A stretch of DNA of 64,000 nucleotides, from NCBI GenBank assembly GCA_964016885.1, contig OZ024756.1:20026001-20090000 (forward strand). The letters are read 5' to 3'. Under the pieces are notes generated by a model. The model was not told where the DNA came from, did not search any database, and worked only from the letters and a program-made list of their open reading frames with translations. The number at the start of each line of letters is the position of its first letter. Within the stretch, counting starts at the first letter, position 1. Shown in pieces: positions 52,483-64,000 of this stretch. A program made the translations under genes and the position numbers. Origin of the DNA: Eledone cirrhosa. Lineage: Eukaryota.

Positions 52483-53018
52483 TATATCTATATTTAGTTA
52501 GGCATTATAAACATCTCAGTCAATCTACTCAACTGCTTGGCATAAATAACCATAATTTCTTATGTAGGTGCAAGTCATAGAATTTAAGAATTAAAAGGAT
52601 GGAGAGGAAGTAGAATCATATACTTATACGAAGCTCAGCTAAAAGGTTCATGAAGGAGAGCTGCTAGAGCTGTGAAATCTTGTTTGCATTTACTTCAAAT
52701 CTTCAGATTTATATAGTCCCTGGAAAGAAACGATGCATCGTTTCTTTCGCGGGACTATGTTGTTGAAAGAGACAACATCATCATCATCATCATCAGGTTT
52801 AGCGTCCGTGTTCCACGCTTGCATGGGTTTGGACGGGGGTTTTCCCACTTGAGGCAAGAGTGGTTGTCTTGCTCGCATAGGACTGTCTGGCGGGTTTTCT
52901 ACAGTTGGATGCCCTTCCTAACACCAACCACATTTACAACAATAAAAAAAAACCTTATTTGGTCATTCCACGAGAGTACCTTGGTCAACCTATGAACTTT
53001 TCAACTGACCCTTGTATA

Positions 53019-53072
<54 letters not shown>

Positions 53073-53632
53073 TTTATATGTTTTTACTATCGTTTAATCA
53101 TGAGGTAGGACCCATGCACATTTATCTTTATCAGGGCTTCTGAAACTGTTGGAAGGGATGGAGGGAAGAAGAGAAGAGGAGGAAAGTGTCCTCAAATGGG
53201 AGACCTGGCCTCAATGCTTGCAGAAGAGTATACTCTGCTAAAGACACCCAAGGGCCAAGTGCACCCAAGGACTAGGTACTCCCTAGGTGCACAAATGAAA
53301 GAAGGAGTCTTTAGACTGCTAGAAAGAAAATCGCTTGACTCATAACTCCTGACTGAGTCACAGGGGCACCATCGTGACATACAGCATGTCCTGGGTACTT
53401 TAAAACTGGCAGAGCACATCCTCTCTCCAGGTCTGAACACAGCTTATATCTTCCGGAAGGATTATATCTTCCGGAAGGAGAGAGAAAGAGAGAGAATGAT
53501 AAAGAGGAAGGGAGAAAGAGGAAGGGAGAAAGAGGAAGGGAGAAAGAGGAAGGGAGAAAGAGAAAGGGAGAAAGAGGAAGTGAGAAAGAGATATAGAGGA
53601 AGAAGACAAAAAAAAACTGATTATTTACGTAC

Positions 53633-53736
53633 CACCTTCAGTTCTGGCTTTCTGTAAAAGACTAGCACATCCTCGAAGAACAGTTTTCATGGCTCTCAAC
53701 CCCCAGTCATAGTGTTGCTGTGGTGTTAATAATTGC
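53633..53736 (-). CDS. DYNC2H1: DYNC2H1 exon, AAA1 sensor II
   Basis: [34 protein letters not shown]; not in the ORF track; an alternative donor 3 nt upstream is possible (end 53636). Confidence 0.93.
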
Positions 53737-55539
53737 CTTTAAAAGAGAAGAACTGGGGTCAAATTTGTACTTAAGCAAAGAAAAAGAGAAAATAAAAAAC
53801 TATTTAGAAGTTGTCCTTGTTGGGCTCTTGGCTTGACCTGATAACTAAAGTGTGTGAGACCCCATTTGCTCATAATAGTGAGAGATGGGGAGGGCGTGAG
53901 AGATGGAGGCGTTGACAGTGGGAGTTTGGCGCCTCTGTATTCGGACCTGGAAGCACATGGGTTAGTGGTTAGAGCATTGGCCTTGCAATCGAAAGGTTGT
54001 GAGCTCAATTCTCAGACCGGGTGATGTGTTTTTTTGCCGTGGCACCTACACGACCACTTTGCAGTGGAATGATAGGGACCCCAGTCTTTATCATCTCATT
54101 TCTACAGCTGAGTAAACTGGAGCAATGTGAAATAAAGTGTCTTGCTCAAGGAAACAACACATCAGCCAGTCTGAGAATTGACTCACAACCTTTCGATATA
54201 TATATATGGAGGCACATGGCTTAGTGGTTAGAGCATTGGCCTTGCAATCGAAAGGTTGTGAGTTCAATTCTCAGACCGGGTGATGTGTTGTTTCCTTGAG
54301 CAAGACACTTTATTTCACATTGCTCCAGTTTACTCAGCTGTAGAAATGAGATGATAGAGACTGGGGTCCCTATCATTCGACTGCAAAGTGGTCGTGTAGG
54401 TGCCACGGCAAAAAACACCCAGCACTCACTGTAAATGAGGTTGGTGTTAGGAAGGGCATCCAGCTGTAGAGATCAAGCCAGAGCCAGTTCTCATCCCACC
54501 CTTGCAAGCAGGGAAAAGCGAATGTAAAATGATGATGATGATGTACATGTTTGATGGTGAGGGCGTGAGAGATGGAGGCAATGACAGTGGGAGTTCAGCT
54601 CCTCTGTATTCAGACCTGGTGTACGTGTGTGTGTGTGTGTAAATGTTTACTTCTATTTATTCAATATGACAGTAGATTCTCCAGCATTATGTTACTCTAT
54701 GGATTTATATGAAATTCAAGCTTTGAATTACACTACAGAAGAATCATGTTAGCAACTTACATGCATGGTCTTGTAACCCCTAAAGGAGTCAGAGAGGTGC
54801 TATATTGACAGACGGCATTTCTAGGGAATTTTTTTAAACCTGGCCAAGCCCATCCCTCTCCAGATCTGAATACAGCAGATTTCTTCCAGAGAAGGATAGA
54901 TAGGGAAAAAGAGGAAGTGAGAAAGAGAGACAGAGGAAAAAATCAACCCCAATACTCATCTTCTCTTTAGGTTTAAACATAGCTTATTTCTTCTAGGGAG
55001 AGAGAGGGTGAGGGAAAGAGAGAGGGAGTGGGAAAGAAAGGGAAAGAGAGGAAGAGAGAGAGAGAGGGAGCAGGAAAAAGAAAAGGGGAGAGAGAGAGAG
55101 TGGGGGAGTGGAAAAGAGATATAGAGAAAGAATTGACCCCAGTACTAGACTGATACTTTTTTTTAATCAACCTCGAAAGGATGAAAGGCAAAGTTGACCT
55201 CGGCGGGATTTGAACTCAGAGAGCAGAAAGCCGAAATGAATACCATAAAGCATTATATCTGACATTCTAATGACTCTGCCAATTCACTACCTTTTTTAGC
55301 AACTTACAAATACATAAAAAAAAACTTATATTCATATTTTTAATGGCTAAAATGGCTCTTCTACAATATAAAGAACAGTTTAGAAATATAATTACCATAT
55401 ATACTTGAATATAAGCCGATCCCACTATCTGAGAAATGGGCAAAACTCCAAACCTTATTTACATAGAATTTGAAGTTGGTGAAAATCGTTATTATACACT
55501 GATTCATTCAAACTAAATGTCTCCATCGTGGTAGTTACA

Positions 55540-55925
55540 ATTCCTTTTTGGCAGTTATACCTTCCAACTTTCTTCAGGTGTCTAACTCTTGTTAAAATCA
55601 CATTTTGGTAGTTACACCTTCCAACTTTCTTCAGGTGTTTAGCTCTCGTTACAATCATATTTTGGCTGTTACACCTTCCAACTTTCTTCAGGTGTCTAGC
55701 TCTCATTACAATCATATTTTGGCTGTTATACCTTCCAACTTTCTTCAGGTGTTTAGCTATCATTAAAATCATATTTTGGCTGTTATACCTTCCAACTATC
55801 TTCAGGTGTCTAGCTATCATTAAAATCATATTTTGGCTGTTATACCTTCCAACTTTTTTCAGGTGTCTACCTCTCGTTACAATCATATTTTGGATGTGGT
55901 AAACTCCGCTTTCTTCAGGTGTCTG
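55540..55925 (-). repeat. 57-bp tandem repeat, 7 copies, hammerhead-like
   Basis: Unit ACACCTGAAGAAAGTTGGAAGGTATAACAGCCAAAATATGATT... Confidence 0.85.
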
Positions 55926-56553
55926 CTGGTAATTCAAACTGAATCATCATCATCACCGTTTCACATCCATTTTTCGACGCTAGGATGAGTTAAACGAGTT
56001 GTCCCATTGTGAGACAAGCGAGATCAGATGGCTGTGTCTTGCTCATACAGAGCTGATTTTATCCAAGCCACAAGCGGATCTGGAGCAGCAACAACAACAA
56101 CAGCAATAAAAACAACAACAATAGTAACAAAAACAACACCAACAACATCATCACCACCACAAACAACAATAACAACAAGAACAGTAACAAAAACAACACC
56201 AACATCACCACCACAAACAACAACAATAGCAATAAGAACAGCAACAACAACAGTAACAAAAACAACACCACCATCACAATGACAAACAATAATAGCAACA
56301 ACACCACACAACCACCACCACAATAGTAACAAAACAACAAAACAACAACAACAACAGTAACAAAAACAACACCAACATCACCACCACAAACAACAACAAC
56401 AATAACAACAAAAACAACACCAACATCACCAAAAACAACAATAGCAAGAACAAGAACACCAACAACACCAATATCACCACAACCACCACCACCACCACCA
56501 CAAACAATAGCAACAACAATAAGAACATCACCACCATTACAATAACAACTTAC

Positions 56554-56777
56554 TTGGAAAGGTTGAAGACGGCAACCAGCTTTCGGCCAATTGTTTTGGC
56601 CTCTTTAAAGCCATCAGAAAAAAGGATGACTTCAGCAATTTGTTCATTGTCCGGCTTGGACATGGCCACTGGCCGAAATAGTTGCTTTAGATTGTCTGGA
56701 AGTTTCTGCCGCCCTCCGTAACCTTTACCTGCCGGGTTCATTGTTATAAAGATTCCGGAATTATGGTCAATTTCAAT
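56554..56777 (-). CDS. DYNC2H1: DYNC2H1 exon, AAA1 sensor I
   Basis: IEIDHNSGIFITMNPAGKGYGGRQKLPDNLKQLFRPVAMSKPDNEQIAEVILFSDGF...FNLSK. Confidence 0.97.
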
Positions 56778-58029
56778 CTGAAAGTCAAAAATAGTAAGTG
56801 GAGTCTTCTAGTTTTAACTGTTTAGCATTTAAACCGGCCATATCTGGCCAGATCTCTCTCACCTCTTTCTGTTCTAACCGGATGTAAATGGCCGCTTATA
56901 TCTATGTTAAGGTATTGTTCCCAAAATAAATGACATTAAAATCTTGTAGATTCGATATTATGTGAGATAATTATGTAAGATAAAGCCTTTACTGTGAAAA
57001 TACAATAGTAAATATAGAATAATATAAATGCTAAAGGGTTAACACTTAATATCCTGTACTGCATGGAAGTATGTGGCCTTGTGGTAAGGGTGTTGGATTT
57101 ATCATACAATCATAATATCATGGGTTCGAGTTCTGGACTGGGTTGTGTGTCGTGTTCGTAAAACACTTCATTGCAGAGGCAATCTTGTACTATAAGTTGC
57201 TTCATACAATAGAAGCACTGGCTTGAAGAACCACTGGGCTTGAGACAGATTTTAACCCTGCATTGAACTGGCATCCTGTTCAGGGAGAAGTCTTGTTCTC
57301 TCAGTCATTCATACCATGGAAACCAGGTGTGTCTTTCATTAGAAATATGGTAATGAAAGGGTTAATGACATAGGCTGTGTCATTCATTAGAGAGATGGTA
57401 ATGAAAGATGATGATGGTAATGAAAGATGATGATGTTGATGATAATGATGGTGATGATGTTGATGGTGATGATGTTGATGGGGGAACTGTTGATCACATG
57501 GTGTCACAGAAGAGAAGAATAATTGTTTCTACTTTTGGCACAAGGCTAGCAAGCAATTATCCCAGTGTATTACTGGTACTTTATTTTATCGACCCCCGTA
57601 AAGATGAAAGGCAAAGTTAACCTCGGCGAGATTTGAACTCAGACCATAAAGAGCCGTAACTCTATGCTGCAAAGCATGGCGTCCAACCCTCTACTGATAC
57701 TGCCAATCCACCGCCTTCACCAGAAGAGAATAATAATTGTTTCTACTTTAGGCACAAGGCCAGCAATTACCCAGTACATTACTGGTACTTTATTTTATCG
57801 ACCCCATTAGGATGAAAGGCAAAGTCAACCTCGGCGGGATTTGAACTCAGATCGTAAAGGGACGTAACTATGCTGGAAAGCATGGCGTCCGACCCTCTAC
57901 CGATACTGCCAATCCACCGCCAGAAGAGAATAATAATTATGGTGATGAAGGTGATGGTGATGGTGATGGTGATGGTGATGTTGGGGGACCTGTTTATCAT
58001 ATAGTGTCACAGAAGAGAATTGGTCTTAC

Positions 58030-58212
58030 ATTTTTGCCAAGTAATTCCATTCTTGCAGATTTGTTTTTGATTGCATCTTGGATGACTTGAATTTGCATGG
58101 ACACAGCTGACAGCACAGGTGGTTCCAGTCGATTGAATTCATCAAAACAGCCCCAGGCACCGCATTTTACAAGACCGATAAAGATACGCCCCATTGATTT
58201 CACATCCAGGCT
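58030..58212 (-). CDS. DYNC2H1: DYNC2H1 exon, AAA1 Walker B
   Basis: SLDVKSMGRIFIGLVKCGAWGCFDEFNRLEPPVLSAVSMQIQVIQDAIKNKSARMELLGKN. Confidence 0.96.
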
Positions 58213-58296
58213 CTGCAAAAGTATGGAAAACAAAGTTATCGGACAGCTAGAGAGATAGGTAGAGAGATGAAATTTATTGTGAGGCTAGAGAAAAAG

Positions 58297-58845
58297 GGTG
58301 GTGTGGTGTGGTGTGGTGTGTTGTGGTGTGGTGTGTTGTGTGGTGTGGTGTGTTGTGTGGTGTGGTGGGGTGGTGTGTTGTGTGGTGTGGTGTGGTGTGG
58401 TGTGGTGTGGTGTGGTATGGTGTGTTGTGTTGTGTTGAGTTGTGTTGTGGTGTGTTTTGTTGTGTGGTGTGGTGTGGTGTGGTGTGGTGTGGTATGGTGT
58501 GGTATGGTGTGGTGTGGTGTGGTGGTGTGTGGAGTGTGGTGTGGGGAGGTGTGTTGTGTTGTGTTGTGTTGTGGTGGTGTGTTGTGTTGTGTGGTGTGTT
58601 GTGGTATGGTATGGTGTGGTGGTGTGGTGTGTTGTGTGGTGTGTTGTGTGGTGTGTTGTGTGGTGTGTTGTGGTGTGGTGTGGTGTGGTGTGGTGTGGGG
58701 TGGTGTGGTGTGGTGTGGTGTGTGGTGTGTTGTGGTGTGTGGTGTGTTGTGGTGTGTGGTGTGTTGTGTTGTGTGGTGTGGTGTGGTGTGTGGTGGTATG
58801 GTGAGGTGTGGTGTGGTGTGTTGTGGTGTGGTGTGTGGTGGTGTG
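58297..58845. repeat. (GTGTG)n pentanucleotide satellite
   Basis: Direct inspection. Confidence 0.9.
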
Positions 58846-59154
58846 CTGCCCATGACCTTCAGCGATCTAAGATCAGTTCTCATCACCTCCACCCATGATT
58901 TTCGTAGTCTTCCTCTACCTCACCTTCCTTCTACTGGAATTTCTTGGCACTTCTTTACCCAGCGGTCATCCTCCATGCGCATCACATGTCCATACCAATG
59001 CAGTCTTCTCTCCCGCACACTACAGCTTATCCCTCTTATATAATGTCTTTGTGGATTGATATCTATCTCATCCTGAAGGTTGGCTTGGGGAGAAAAGCAC
59101 TGACAGCCGGAGTAAAATAAAAACTTGCCAGCTCAATACCAGTTAGGGTACATC

Positions 59155-59592
59155 TTTATAAACATGGTAGATATGTCATCTGGTGATAAATATAGCAAAT
59201 GTGTCATCTGCTGATAAACATGACAGATGACATCTGGTGATAAACATGACAAATGTGACATCTGGTGATAAACATGACAAATGTGTCATCTAGTGATAAA
59301 CATGACAGATGTGTCATCTGGTGGTAAACATGACAGATGTGTCATCTGGTGATAAACCTGGCAGATGTGACGCATGGTGATAAAAATGATAGATATGACC
59401 TCTGGTGATAAACATGACTGATATGACATGGTGATAAACATGACAGATGCGTCATCTAGGGATAAACCTGACAGATGTGTTATCTGGTGATAAACATGGT
59501 AGATATGTCATCTGTTGAGAAACATGACAGATGTGACATCTGGTGATAAACGTGACTGATATGACATCTGGTGATAAACATGGTAAATATGA
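59155..59592. repeat. About 29-bp minisatellite
   Basis: CATCTGGTGATAAACATGACAGATGTGT-like units. Confidence 0.9.
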
Positions 59593-60325
59593 CATATATA
59601 TATATATACAGACAGACACACATACATATATATATATATACATACACACATATGTATATATATATATATTTGTATATAAATATATATAGACAGACACACA
59701 AATATATATATAAATATACATAAATACATACATATACATATATATATATATATACATATACATTCATATACACTCAAACACACACACACACATATATATA
59801 TATTCATACTCATATATACATGCAAGTGTGGTGTGGTGTTGTGTGTTGTGTATGTGCATATATATACATATATACATACACAGATAAATACATACATACA
59901 TATATATATATACTCATATATACATGCAAGTGTGGTGTGGTGTTGTGTGTTGTGTATATGCATATATATATATACATATATACATACACACATAAATACA
60001 TACATACACATATATATATCATCATCATCATATTTATATATATATATATATACACACACACATACAGACACACAAATACATTTATATATATGCATACACA
60101 CATAAATATATATATATATATCCCCCCCCCCCCCCACAAGGTCACCCACAAACATAATTCTAAAGAAACCCGCTCTTTCATCTTCCTAACATGAAATTAG
60201 TGGGGAAGATAGATGATAGATCGATCCAGTCATTTTATAAATAATAAAAATATAGAGAGAAAAAGTGAAAAAAGAATCGGCCACATAATTTTAGGAAGAA
60301 TTACTTGATGTTTCTGATGTTTCTA

Positions 60326-60694
<369 letters not shown>

Positions 60695-62092
60695 TTACCA
60701 TGGGATTTGCACCAAGAAAGTTCCCCTCTGTGGCACAAGTTGGAGCAAGGTTGTTTGTGTAAGACCAGCAGTCTTTCCATGCCACCGATGTTGTCCAAGG
60801 GAAAGACTACGGATGATACAGCTTGACACCAGTGATGTTGCAACTGTTACAGCTGAGTAAACTGGAGCAATATGAAATAAAGTGTCTTGCTCAAGAAACA
60901 TAATGTATCACCTGGTCCGAAAATAAAACCCACAACTTCCCGATTGCAAGTTCAATGTTCTAAGCACTAAGCCATATGTCATTGCAAACTTATATATATG
61001 TAAAGGATTATTTGATAAAAAGTAAAATAAATATATATGTATATTATACTGGTACCACAAATCATCTAGCCCACACTGTAAAGTGATCATGTAGGTGTCA
61101 CAACAAGAAGCACCCAGCACACTGTAAAGTAGATGTGTAAAAGACATGGCAAAAAGCACCCAGCACACACTGTCAATGTGGTTGGCATTAAAAAGGACAT
61201 CCAGACGTAGAAAACTAGCGAGACACGGTCACCCGATCCAACTTGCCTCTAAATCGGACAAACCCATCTAACCCATGCTAGCGTGGAAGATAGACATTAA
61301 TCGATGATGATGATAATAATTGTTTCTACTTTTGGCACAAGGCCAGCAATTATCCCAGTACATTACTGGTACTTTATTTTATCGACCCGGTAAGGATGAA
61401 AGGCAAAGTTAACCTCGACGGGATTTGAACTCAGACTGTAAAGGGACGTAACTATGCTGGAAAGCATGGCGTCCGACCCTCTACCGATACTGCCAATTCA
61501 CTGCCCTATGATGATGATAATAATGATACATCATCATCATCATCATCATTTTACGTCCGCTTTTCCCTGCTTGCAAGGGTGGGACGGGAACTGATTCTGG
61601 TTTGATTTCTACAGCTGGATGCCCTTCCTAACACCAACCTCATTTACAGTGAGTGCTGGGTGCTTTTTTTGCCGTGGCACCTCCACGACCACTTTGCAGT
61701 GGAATGATATGGACCCTAGTCCTATCATCTCATTTCTACAGCTGAGTAAACTGGAGCAATGTGAAATAAAGTGTCTTGCTCAAGGAAACAACACATCACC
61801 CGGTCTGAGAATTGAACTCACAACCTTTCGATTGCAAGGCCAATGCTCTAACCACTAAGCCATGTGCCTCCATACATATATATATATAATTGAAAAGCCA
61901 ATTAAATCAACCCCAGTGTGTTACTGGTACTTTATTTCATCAACAGCATAAGACAAAGCGACCTCAGTAGGATTTGAACTCAGAACATAAAAGGATGTAA
62001 CTATATACCACAAAGAATGGTGCCCAATGCTCTACCAATTACTCCCGATCCACGGTCATTAAGATTTAATAATGACAGAAAGCCTATGTTAC

Positions 62093-62232
62093 CTTGAGTT
62101 AGTGTCAAGTAGCACTTGTCAGTTAGAGGTGTGTGTACCAGCTTCTGGATGTTTCCCTGGTACTCAAATGTGTAGTTAAACTCAGCGTCTACCATTTTGA
62201 CCACACAAAGGTTAGTGCCTTGCAGGTAAAAC
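62093..62232 (-). CDS. DYNC2H1: DYNC2H1 exon (linker/AAA1 start)
   Basis: [47 protein letters not shown]; TATAG| and |GTAAC. Confidence 0.95.
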
Positions 62233-62602
62233 CTATAAAAAAAAGTGGTAACCTCAAGATTCTAGAAAACTAATTCATTCAATGGATTAAAGACAGGGGC
62301 CACATATGTTCCTGCATATTAATAAAACAAATAAAAGGTAGCAGTGTGCAGGTGTATGGTGCATGAGTGCATTTGTACATGTGTGTGTGTGCATTCCGCA
62401 CACACACACACATACATTGAACAATTCAAGCTAGCATGAAAAAGTCAACATAAAATAAGGATAATGATAATGGTTTCTGATTTAGTCACAAGGCCAACAA
62501 TTTGGAGAGAAGTTGATTAAACTGACCCCAGTATGTTACTGGTACTTTATTTTATCAACCACATAAGGATGATAGACAAAGCTAACCATGGCTAACTTAC
62601 TC

Positions 62603-62658
<56 letters not shown>

Positions 62659-62744
62659 AAAGTTTTATTTAAAATTGTTGGGTTACAACAAGTAAAAATT
62701 TTATAACTGATATAAAGCACTCAACAAGTTTTGGAGTAGATATA

Positions 62745-62989
62745 CGATATTAAACAAATGGAAACTATATTTATAAAACCATATTTATTTCATTATACAT
62801 ATTTCGGGGATACCATATTAAAAATATGGCATGCCTTCTTCAGATAAAATACAATATTATTTATAAAACTGTTTATATATTGTATTTTATCTGAAGAAGG
62901 CATGCCATATTTTTAATATGGTATCCCCGAAATATGTATAATGAAATAAATATGGTTTTATAAATATAGTTTCCATTTGTTTAATATCG
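62745..62989. repeat. Perfect 113-bp inverted repeat with a family A hammerhead in each arm (62787-62850 minus, 62884-62947 plus)
   Basis: Arms 62745-62857 and 62877-62989 are exact reverse complements with a 19-nt spacer; core CTGAAGA...GAAATATGTATA. Confidence 0.85.
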
Positions 62990-62991
62990 AA

Positions 62992-63076
<85 letters not shown>

Positions 63077-63564
63077 GTAAAAGGTAAACAGAAATAACAA
63101 CACAATCCGTACAGTATATGGATGGAATATAATATAATATAATGAAATTATTGTGTAAAGTGCTCAGGTGCACTACAACTCGTCAAAGGTGTATGTATAG
63201 TACATAGAATAATACACAAATGTCAGGGAAGTACATATATTAGGTTAACGCTTGAAATAGCAGGAAGAGGGTCTTAACATTTCAGATGCTAGTCCTTCAT
63301 ATAATATATAGTAATATATATAATATATAGTAATAATAATTATGAAGACTAAAATCCGAAGAGGGTTCGATAAGGATTATATATATATAATGATTTCTAG
63401 TATAGGCACAAGGCCAGTAATTTGGGGGAAGGGTAAAGTCGATTAAATCGACCCCAGTACGTTACTGGTGCTTTATTTATCGACCCTGTAAGGATGAAGG
63501 GCAAAGTTAACCTCGGGAGGATTTGAACTCAGACTGTAAAGGACCGTAACTCTATGCTGACGAT

Positions 63565-63661
<97 letters not shown>

Positions 63662-63835
63662 TGTATAATGAGTAACTTAGTCATATTACTAAATCCCACG
63701 AAATTATTATTTTCAAAATGATTTGGAAAAAAATTATAGACAGTTTCAGTGTCTTTTATTAGAAATATGGTATTAAAATGGATAAAATGGAAATGTCTAA
63801 AACAAACAAACAAACAAACACAGTTGTGTTTTCAC

Positions 63836-64000
63836 CTGAGTTGTTTCTGCCAATGCCAGTCAGAGAGTGAAGTGACATTTGCTGCCATAAGCTGTTGGAT
63901 TACATCCATATTATGAACCATATCTAGGATAAGGGCTTTCAGTTTCAGTTCAAGAACTTCGGTACACTTCACATTTTTGCTTGTAAGAATGTCAAGCTTA
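63836..64000 (-). CDS. DYNC2H1: DYNC2H1 exon (5' end cut by window edge)
   Basis: VLELKLKALILDMVHNMDVIQQLMAANVTSLSDWHWQKQLR; donor CAG|GTGAA. Not in the ORF track. Confidence 0.93.

Overview
Eukaryotic, AT- and microsatellite-rich genomic DNA, probably from an octopod cephalopod (inferred from the SINE and repeat repertoire). The whole window lies inside one minus-strand gene, cytoplasmic dynein-2 heavy chain (DYNC2H1). I traced 27 consecutive GT-AG exons with consistent reading phases, covering the end of the linker, AAA1-AAA4, the stalk and the microtubule-binding domain. The introns are filled with tRNA-derived SINEs, RTE and CR1 LINE fragments, TTAA-flanked (piggyBac-like) MITEs and minisatellites; almost all long ORFs in the supplied track are repeat artefacts. 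The most notable signal is several distinct families of short elements carrying minimal type I hammerhead-ribozyme motifs (CUGANGA...GAAA...UH), often as inverted duplications, as in Penelope-like elements. Copies with an intact core lie antisense to the dynein pre-mRNA, while the sense-strand copies I found are mutated, truncated or locked in a perfect hairpin. Also notable: three minisatellites that amplified real splice-donor junctions, a duplicated decoy acceptor, and a SINE internal module that repeatedly expanded into kb-scale arrays. All analysis was by eye; comparisons with human DYNC2H1 and repeat families are from memory, not database searches.
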